DNA of 64,000 bases from Spironucleus salmonicida (Eukaryota): assembly GCF_000497125.1 (NCBI RefSeq), contig NC_090600.1:951197-1015196 (forward strand), in the 5' to 3' direction. The number at the start of each line of letters is the position of its first letter. Position 1 is the stretch's first letter. Both the position numbers and the translations under genes were made by a program. Of this stretch, positions 54,381 to 64,000 are shown piece by piece. Under the pieces are notes generated by a model, which was not told the origin of the DNA, searched no databases, and saw nothing but the letters and a program-made list of their open reading frames with translations.

Positions 54381-54887
54381 TATTAATGCTAAGAGCTGGA
54401 CCATGAGACAGCACAACCTGCTACTTAACTCTCCGGTCGATATTGTCAGTGGTTCAGTGTTACTTATAGCTGAAAAGCAGTTAGCCATAGCGTTATTCGG
54501 ATCAATAGTGGTTACCATAGCAATTAGAGTGTACGCTGGTCCAACGTTGAGCTCTAAATAACAGGCTGTGTCTACCAGAGAGAAGACAATTGCAATAAAT
54601 CTCGATGGGGCAGAGTATACCCTTTAGCGTAAAATGCGCGGTTAATAAATTTAAACAAAAACGCAAACGTGCGTGCGGAGCCCATAATAGGCCCAAAACC
54701 GTTAGGATCGAAATATATTGATAATTAATACACAAGCTCGAGCACCAATTAATCTCTGGCTTTCCACTACACGATTTAACATGTCAGCGTCCCTAACTAT
54801 TTCCCTCTGCGCACTGACCTCCAAGTCTAGACTGCTGCAGAAAACTCTAAGTAAAATTCGCACCTAACACATGCCGCGAAAATCCAC

Positions 54888-56333
54888 TCACTTCCGCTAA
54901 AAGCCCAGCGCCTTCACGCGTCGCTTTGCCTCGTTAATTTGCTTCGCGATTTTGGCAGCAGCTGTGTCTGGTCCCGGCATAGCTAGAACCTATGGGACCT
55001 GCATTTGTGAGTTGGCTCGTTTCGGGAAGGTCTGCAGCTTGGTAGCCGTCGTCCGGTCCTAAAATGAGGACTTCAGTGCAGTTGCTTTACCGGGTGTGCT
55101 GTTGTGAACGTGCCGTGGCGTAGCTTCAGGTTTTTGAGCCTTAGGGGCCTCTATCATTGGTGTTTGTATTTCAGATGAATCCTCCGAAAATCCCTCCGTC
55201 CAGTCGGCCTACGCTTGCACAAGCCTATTTTAACTACATACCAGGACTTCTGCATGCGTCTGGGTCTACTACTGGAATGTGATGCGTTTCCGAACCACCT
55301 GCTGGTATATACAAGGAGACCCAGCAGGAGCCGCGTACGATCCTTCGACAAACACTTCCAAAGTCTGGAAGCCCATACCGATCGAGGTCTTGCCGTCGTT
55401 TAGGCGGAGGAGATCTCGGAAGAGCTGGATGTCCACTGGTGCCTCATCTGAAAAGTCGATTGCATGCACAAAGAAATCGGTCTACGGGACCGTGGCGCCA
55501 TAGGACGCGCCGAGCAGCGAGAAAGTCTGCGGGGATACTCGATAAGAGGATGCATTGACCTTTACCGGGCGAAGCTAGTCCACCGTTAACCGCTCCTCGG
55601 ATAGCAGAAATAGGGAAGTTGATGGAGTCCGGAGCTCCCCAGGACTACCACAAAATACACGTAGTAAGACGGCTGAAAGGCTTAGAGGTGGTCCCTTCGA
55701 GATTTTGGCCAGCTTCTAAAACTGCTTATCCGTGCCTAGAGTATCCATCCGAAATAGCGGCAGGAGCGCCGCAGCAAGTTTTGTCTGTTTGGGGCTAAGT
55801 TTTTGTTGCAGTAGTATCAAAAATAGTTACTGACTGGCTGATAACTCTGGAACTCCGTGCTCAATCTGGAAATAGCTGAAAGGGCCTCCACCCACGTGCA
55901 GTCTGGCCGTCTCAATTTGTCCTACGGGCGTCTACATAATCCAAGTTACCGAAAAGTCACCTTGTGGGACAACCACATGCCTACCAGCATCTGCTGAGTA
56001 CTACGAGAAGTGGACGACCGCGCGCTCAGGAAATACTCGCTGAAGGGTGGAAACCTCGAAAGCAGCGTAGCGAAGCTTCTACGTGGAGTCGACGGTGTAG
56101 CGCAGGGAGACCCCCTGAATCTAGATCTGCCCCGATCTGGAGTCTAAGACGTGCACCTGGATCGGGCGGCCCGGGGCCTGGCAGAGAAGCTGGAACGTGG
56201 GTGTGTGCGGAAGCAGCTCCGAAGATTATGATGACTCCCTGCGAAGTGGCGTCTTGTATAGTACGCCATCGACCGTGGTCTGCAGGAGGTACTGAAAGGC
56301 ACCTCCGCCCTGGAACGAGAGTGAGATCTGCAT
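54888..56333 (-). CDS. Hypothetical protein, 481 aa (MQISLSFQGGGAFQYLLQTTVDG...KALGFQRK)
   Basis: Continuous code 6 frame checked by hand, aaaATG start with an in-frame stop just upstream, stop in AAGTGA. Confidence 0.8.
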
Positions 56334-56559
56334 TTTGGAGTGGAATGTTCATATATGGATAGACTAGGGTGGGCGAATTTTCATCACAGTCATACAGCTC
56401 GATGTGAAGCAAAATGCTCGCAAGGTGGTCTGCCCACAGCATGCAAATGAACACCCGCAGTGCGCTACAGTGTGCTAATGTGTATTTGGTACCAGGGCTG
56501 AGAAAGGTTGGGTTCTGATCTGCGTGCTGTGAATGAATTTCATACGCTCACCCCGACTT

Positions 56560-58005
56560 TCATGCTTTCACCTCGCGTAGAAGCACCCACAGCAGCCCAC
56601 CCGTCATTGTCATGACTAGTAACACTGCGAAGACGCACCAGCCTAACCAGAGGCTCGAGCTCTCAATCAGTGCGAAAACATGTCCGAAAGGGTAGATCTA
56701 GGTTCCTATCTGAACCACACCAACACTATTGCCGCCCTGGATGCTAGAGCTGATGTGGGAGTCGCTCTCGAAGCAGTATGCCACATCGACGAAGTTTACG
56801 GCGAAACTGCCCTGGAAACTGAGACCGTCGAAATCGATTCGCACGATCTGGACCCCAAAATCAAACTCACAACCAGCATACAGCTCAATCACAGCACAGA
56901 TCTGCGTCTTGTATAACTTGATGGCAGATGCAGATATGCACGTGAAGAGCGCGGTCGCAGGTATGAGGATCTTCTGTTATGTGCCAGTCTGCTGTGCTAG
57001 GGCGAAAGAAATACTGTCGGTAGCCATGGTAGCATGGATAGCGGCGAGGGTTTTATCGCAGGTACCAACGCAGTTAATGATGAATGCGGAGGTGGACTGG
57101 GGTGGTGAGGTCAGGGAGAAGAAGTCAGTGGAGTTGGTGATAATGAAGGTCAGGCCACTTATGTCCTAGGCCAGGTTCGGAAAATTTGTCACGACGAAAT
57201 ACTCCTTCTATACGTGGAAGATAGCGACTTGCGTGACGTCTGTGAACGACTTCATGTACTCGACCTGCGCCAAATTCCGCATATAGAATGTGAGCTCCAG
57301 CTCCACCTCCGCGTCAATACCGGAGTTATTGTATGCACGAACCTTCTTGGTCATCTTCTATTCCGTCTTGAAAAGGAAGTACCCAAACACTGCGTCGAGC
57401 TAACTGAGCTGGGACAAATTATCACGGCACCCCTGGTCGGCACAGGTCGCCTTAACGTCCATGACGGCTATCTGGTCGAAGTCAACAACGCCAGCACTCT
57501 AATTCATTACGGTTATTACATCTCCTTAGTTAAAAAATTGCACAATTACTTGCGTTAGACTAGCGTCGAATGCACAGGTCTCGTTCTTGAAAAGCAGCTG
57601 CATCTTGGTATCGTCGCAGATAAAAATTCCAGAATTGATGCACGAGGTCCTGCTGAACCTTCTGATCGCGAAAGAGTCAATCTATCCTGCCTAGTCCACG
57701 AGCTGCTTCGTGAGGACGAGAGTGAACTTTGCAACGGTATACAGGTCGATATCATCATGGTTTGCGTCTTCGGACGCTAAAATCACCCGAGATAGTGATG
57801 AGTACAAAATAGCATCGGCTTTGAAGGTATACGGTCCGATCAAAATGACTAAGTTGACGGTTTCGCCCATGAACTGGTCGCATAGAATTTTCTCCTTTGG
57901 GAGGAGGTACGGGTTGAGGCCAGACTGGAAGTGCATAGTATTGGTTTGCATTAAGTAGGTTGCCTTTGAATTCAAAAGGCATGATATTTATAGTGACAGC
58001 AACAT
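56560..58005 (-). CDS. Hypothetical type I membrane protein, 481 aa
   Basis: MLLSLQISC signal-like start, ORF-track fragments starting at 57975 and 56892 in the same frame, C-terminal TM LWLGWCVFAVLLVMTMTGGLLWVLL then REVKA-stop. Confidence 0.8.
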
Positions 58006-61000
58006 TTTTATAGACAACATATTATAGTATATATTCTGACTAAACTAAGATAATTCCCAAAGAATGTATTGCGGAAACCACAGGTTGAGCTACCATTGGT
58101 AAATGGTGCTTTGATTTTATATAGAAATAACCATACTAATTTTGTGGTAGATTATACAACTATTTGCATTTTCATTATGCTATCGCGAGTATCAAACACT
58201 GAGTAAAAGAAATTATAACTTTTTCTAACCTTATACTAGTATTTGAGGTATATATATTCAAGTGTGTATTAGGTAAATGATAATTGAACTATGTTCGCGC
58301 TGGCCAATTAATCTCCAGTAGTATATTCAATTCAATTTATTTAATGTAATCGTTGGATATTACGGCATTTAATAAAACCACTCATCGACCTATTCTTAAG
58401 TTCTATGCTTTCTTAGGAGTGCTGCTTAGGGCTATTTAGTTTTAGTAATTCTTGTTCCGTCTATTGTTTATATTGTGTGAATATATTTACGCCATAATAT
58501 AATAATTACAAATTTTACTAGTTACACTAATATTAGCAAAAGTAAGAAGTAAGCATATACTATCCCAAACCTTAAAACAGTACAGTTTCTATAATGTGTA
58601 TTCGTTGGCTTGGCTGTTCATACCAGACTTGAAATAGGGTGAATATGTACAATTCCACCATGGTTACTTCATATTAGCGACCCAATTAGTATAATAGTGT
58701 CAAGTTAATGTAGCCTTATATGCGGTTAGTAGAAATTAGGAATATACATTTATGATAATTATGTAATGAGTAGTATTAATGACTATAAAAACTATTTGTA
58801 AAATACTACAATAGCTAACTCTAGTCAAGTTTGTATGCAAGGCTTTCTATAAAAATAAATTGGAAACTTAGTGATTATCATTCGGATAAGTTATTAATCC
58901 AAGAATACGAGTTCACAGTCATTATGGTGTTACCATTATAATACACGCGCTCTCAATCTCAAAAGTTATATTTAAAATAAATGAGTCTGATGTTAATTAC
59001 TTGTATATAAAATATCACAATAGAGCATAATTTCCTCAATGTGTCATACCTGTAGTTGTGCAAATAATATTGAGTATGCCTCTTTCATGCTGTTTTGTTC
59101 AGAGTAGATATATACTATTTTGAAAATTGCGAATTTCAGATTTGGAAATATTTGGTAGAAGAGCTATAACACAAAAAGTGACTCAATGCCTAAGCCCGTA
59201 TTAGAAAGTAAGTAATATAGAATCTATGCTATCTCTCACAAATATCCACAATGAATAAATTGTCATTCACATAGCTCATGCGATATTTTTTATAACGTTA
59301 CCGCCATATTTGATGCACAAGATGGTAAATATGTATTAGCTACTGCGGCACAGGGGAAGTATGACAGACATCCCGTAAAATTGCCAGAGCATCTGCATCA
59401 GGTCATGCGATAAATCAGTATTGGTGAAGTGGGGGATCTTTAAATGCTCTAGAGGTAGACATCGCTAAAACTACCACACTGCACTGAACTTTGGGGATGT
59501 GCTTCCTGCGGGGCAGCATTGAGATCCACTATGCGAACACGGATGGAGAGTCTTTCTGCTACTCGTGCATGAGGGGCAGCAGCTGGTGCATGGCCGGTGG
59601 CGACCATAGTAGCTAGCGCGGCACCCTTTGCAGCCTAACCTGCCGGGAGCTCGATGCCTACTAGTTCTGTCTAGAATGCTTTCGTGCGGTGTAGTGGTGT
59701 GGTGTGAGCTGGACGACAAAGAGCGTGGAAGGATCAGCCTGGACCGGGACTGCGCGCTACTGGTCGCGGTGCCGGGCATCCTAATCTAACTGGACCTCCG
59801 GAACTGCAGGCGGGATAGTGCCATATTCCAGAGACGAGTTTAACATCAATGCGTGTATTTGCTGCGTGGTGAGGGAGAGTGAAGCAACACAAAGAAGCCG
59901 CCGAGATCGCCTGCGGGGTCACAGGCAGTCTGCGATTCCTTAGCCAGGGTGCCTTTCGCGTGCCTACCACTGCTTAGCACGCAGGCATACACCTATCGTG
60001 CTATCTTCGCTCCGCTTCAGAACTATATTACTGAATATACGCCAACGGCCTAAACCGTGTATCCTCAACTTCCGGGAGCAACCAAGGCCTAGTGCCACCG
60101 CCCCTGCTCGGAATATCTGGCATCCACGTGGAGCGGTTCCCCAACATGGTAGGCTCGTGTCCAGCGGTACCAGCGCAGCAATCATCACGCAAGACGACTT
60201 CCTCTGGACCGCCTGGAACTATCTCGTGCTCGCTGTGAGCTGGGTTGGCGTCGGGTCCGAACCACTGAATGTGCCGTGCCCTGCCCTGAGGGCGTGCCGG
60301 TATTGCTAGCTGGTGGCCCACGTCCGACCCAGGGCCGCTTCTCGACGTTCGCTATGGCATAGCACATTACGTGGCCAGAGTGGTCGCCCGGCTGTCCTGC
60401 CCGGGGACGAACGGGGCTGCGAAGTTAGTAATGGACGAGTCGCTAGCAAAGTACCGACCCCGCCGCAACGACTCTACCGAGGCAGCGCTAGGAGTAATTT
60501 GCATCCACCGTTTTAAAGTGTGCATGCTGCCTACACTAAGCTGTGCAGATACATGTATATCCCCGTTGTGGTATTGAGGTGAGGAACGACCCGGCGCAAA
60601 TACTTTTCCACGCCGATATTGCCATCGCGGTTGGCATTCACTCCCAGGGCCCCTTTTGAGAGCTGCCGGGGTACCCTTCTCCCGACCAGCATGGATGGGG
60701 TAGCATATTGTTGGGATTCTCTATCGCAACCCCTCCAAAGTCTGCAGATAAACCCGCTCTTCCATATCGATATAGCATTGCGTACCTGCCCAGACCTGTC
60801 TCTGCGCCCGTGCCCGAACGTCGCTCAGACCGTGGCATCGGTCGCAGCGCCTTCAAGAACCCGCCCAGCGGCGTCTGGGAGCCGGGGTAGACTGCGGGCT
60901 CCTATTCGCATGGTGGCATACTAGATGGGCGGGAGGTAATCAGCAGGACGAGCGCTGGCCAGGGCCGCAAAGAACATCACGGAGGCAAGCTGGCACCTCG

Positions 61001-61090
61001 TGGAGGGTGCGGCTGGCTTCTGCTGCCCAGGGACGCGCACCGCAAGACACCGGAATTTTGGTACTCGCCACTCTGCTACTCCCTATCAAA

Positions 61091-63931
61091 ATGACATAAA
61101 GTGCGTGCTCGGCAGACCGCGGCGGGGATGGTCCCCAGAGTACCCAGGGGGGCTCAGGCACCTCCACCTCCCCAGATACACACCTCTCGCTCGACGGCGG
61201 GTGGGACTCCGCGCTGAGCCTGGCCGGGGTGGCCCGACTGGATCTTGCGAACATGGATGGCACGGAGCCACTGAAGCATGCGTAGAACGTGAGAGAGCTG
61301 CGCCTGGAGCGGGTGAGCGGCAGTATGGAGGTCAGCCGCGCCCTCGCCAGGCTCACCATCGTCGACTCTCCCATTGCGTGCACCAACCCCCAGGGGCGAG
61401 ACCTCCCGAACCTCGCAGAGGTGGCAGTGTCCTCCACATTTTAAGGGGGTTATTACTCATGCTTAGGGAGTCACGGCTGGTTGCATCTGGTCCATGTATT
61501 ATAAAGGGCGAACCAGCTGCGATGCCTGACGCTAGATTGTGATGGTAGTGACTACGAGTATCCGCCATATATGACCTAACTGAAGTAACTGGAGATGTTA
61601 GTGCTCACTAGAATAAGGGGAAGCGTTTACTTATCCCATAGCATACGGAGTATCACTCTCACTAACTGTAAGATTACTAACTTCTAGTGTGATGTTGATT
61701 CGCTACCGGACCTGCGAGAGCTTACCATAGTAGATATTAATAAAGAGCAAACTTTCCTGAGTAAGATACTGGAGAGGGCCCACGGGCTGCGTAATCTGAC
61801 GCTGTAATATGTTGGTATATATTATAGCAAATATTAAGTTTAGATACTAGATATCTCAATGTTGAAGTTTCTGGAAACATTAGTTGTTACTGAAATAAAT
61901 GTTGATCTATATCTACCATAAACTATACGAAGTATCACACTCAAAGATTGTAATATTACGAACTTCCAGTGTGATGCTAAATTGCTTCCCGACCTGCAGG
62001 AATTTATCTGGGATGAGGTCAGTAATGGATATAATTATGTGAGCAGTATACTGCAGAAGACGAAATAGTTGCGGAAGCTGACACTAAAATCTAACGGTGG
62101 GTATTCAAAATATTTACCAGACATCTCAGAGATTAAGCAACTAGAGATATTAGTGCTCACTCATATCAGTGGTAATATATATTTATCTCCCTGCATACGG
62201 ATCGTTATACTCAAGAATTGTAGGATTGACAAATTATATTACAGTTCTAACTACCTTCCGGACCTACTAGAACTTACCATAATAAATATAGCTCATGATT
62301 AGACTTTCCTTGGTAATTTACTAGAGAAAGCAAAATAACTGCGAAACCTAACACTAATGGGTAACTCTATATACTACTCACATACACCATGTATGTCATA
62401 CTTGAAATAGCTGGAGGTATTAGTGCTTGATAGAATGAGTGGTGATATCTACTTGTCTCCTAACATACGCAGCATTACCATCACGGATTGCGCGATTCAC
62501 AGTATTTAATTTAGTGCTGAATCTTTGTCGTAACTGTAGGAGCTTACCTTGTGTAGTGTTAAATATGATAAAACTATCCTAAGTTAGATACTTTAAAATG
62601 CGCATAGGTTGCAGAAGTTTAAACTTAAAGATAATGGTATCTTATAGTACGGTCCGCCAGACATCTCCTCGCTAACGTAGTTAAAGATGGTAAAGTTTTC
62701 CAACATTTATGGTGATATATACTTGCCCTCCTGCATAGAAAGCTTTACTCTTAACAATTGTAAGATTAAAAAAGTCCAGATCGATGCTGAATCGTTGCCT
62801 CATCTGCAGGAATTTACCATAATTGAAGTATCCTATTATTAGAATTTCGTTAATAAAATACTGTAGAAGTCACATGGGTTGCGTAATCTAACAATGAAAA
62901 GTAAAGATAATAATTAAAAATATCCACTAGATATGTCAATGTTGCAGCAGCTGGAGATAATCATGCTAGATAGAATACGTGACAATATCAACTTTCCTCC
63001 AAGTATACGAACAGTTACTCTCAAGGATTGCACGATTACTGACTTTCAGTGCAATGCTGAGTCACTATCAGCTCTGTGGGAATTCACCTTGCTGGATGTA
63101 AGCTGTGATTAAAGTTAACTGAATAATTTATTGCAAAAGATGCATAGCTTACGACACCTTACACTGGAACGCGGTGGCCGATCAAGCTCTAATTATAAAT
63201 TTTATCTATTAAAAATATTCTCAGGGAAGTATCTGGAAACATTATGTCTTGAATAAATGATATGCACTATTTACATCTCTTCTACCATACGGAGCATCTT
63301 CCTCACATAGTGCACGATTCACGGAGTGTAGTGTAGTAGTGACTAAATCTTAAACCTACGAAAACTTTCAATGATTAATGTGAATGCTCCAAAAACTGCA
63401 TTGCGTAATGTTCTACAGAAGGCAAACAGGCTTCAGAGCCTAGTAGTGCACGGATACTACAGAAAATCTTATACTATCGCGTAGCTATACCTGCAGCCAT
63501 CAGTGTTGGTGTTGGATCTAGAAAATGTGAATGTCAATCAGCTAGTCTTGACCGCTGCTCCTCGCATAGAAAAACTACGGCTCCATCATATTATCGTTAA
63601 GAAAAATTATATGCCTGAAATATCCAGGCTGATTAAGGCTAAGACAGCCACCCTTCTTGACGTTAGTGACATTAATGTGGATGTTGGGACGCTGGCTGAT
63701 CCCAATCTCGCATAATTTGCTCTTTCTACATTTATCCAGAGAGCTGGGATGGATGTTAAGCTGAATCTTACTGTGGGGTGTCACTACTACCAGCGTGGTA
63801 ATATGATGTACCAGAATGATGATAACACACCGGCGGCGCTGCCCACGAGTCTTACTATCTTCCTGTTACAACTAAAGATCAGATAATTGTCCAGTGAACT
63901 GGTCGTACTGGGTATGGCGCTGGCGGAGTGA
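61091..63931 (+). CDS. Leucine-rich repeat protein (~946 aa) with ~90-aa super-repeats; start uncertain
   Basis: LRxLTL motif recurs at 61517, 61787, 62069, 62339, 62609, 62879, 63149 and 63431 in one frame. Ends in GAGTGA. Confidence 0.85.
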
Positions 63932-64000
63932 ATCCCTTTCATATATCTCTATTCTAATATTATCCTTCTAATGACCACTTGCAACATATGTTTATTGGCT

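Overview
Eukaryotic AT-rich DNA that only reads through in translation table 6 (TAA/TAG = Gln, TGA the sole stop). Genes appear intronless, several end in AGTGA, and there is a VSP-like cysteine-rich membrane protein, all typical of a hexamitid diplomonad (Spironucleus/Hexamita-like; inferred). The supplied ORF track is therefore fragmented. Positions 1-12064 are a near-identical direct duplicate of 23713-35733. Each copy holds a giant cysteine-rich surface protein gene (complete only in copy 2, where it ends in a DMT/SLC35F-like multi-pass domain), a ~23-bp minisatellite, a CRMP/VSP-like gene and a short ORF. Exactly where the copies diverge (12065) a ~7.9-kb decayed Polinton/Maverick-like viral element begins. 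It carries a protein-primed DNA polymerase B (vOTU-like, exonuclease, Vsr-like insert and polymerase motifs), an A32/FtsK-like packaging ATPase and unknown ORFs, all in the host's non-standard code. No integrase, right terminal repeat or clear capsid gene is visible. The right half holds an LRR-GILT-like fusion gene, a full ABCA transporter, an inverted pseudogene fragment of the cysteine-rich gene, two hypothetical genes and an LRR gene with 90-aa super-repeats. All translations were done by hand; family assignments rest on motif recognition, not database searches.
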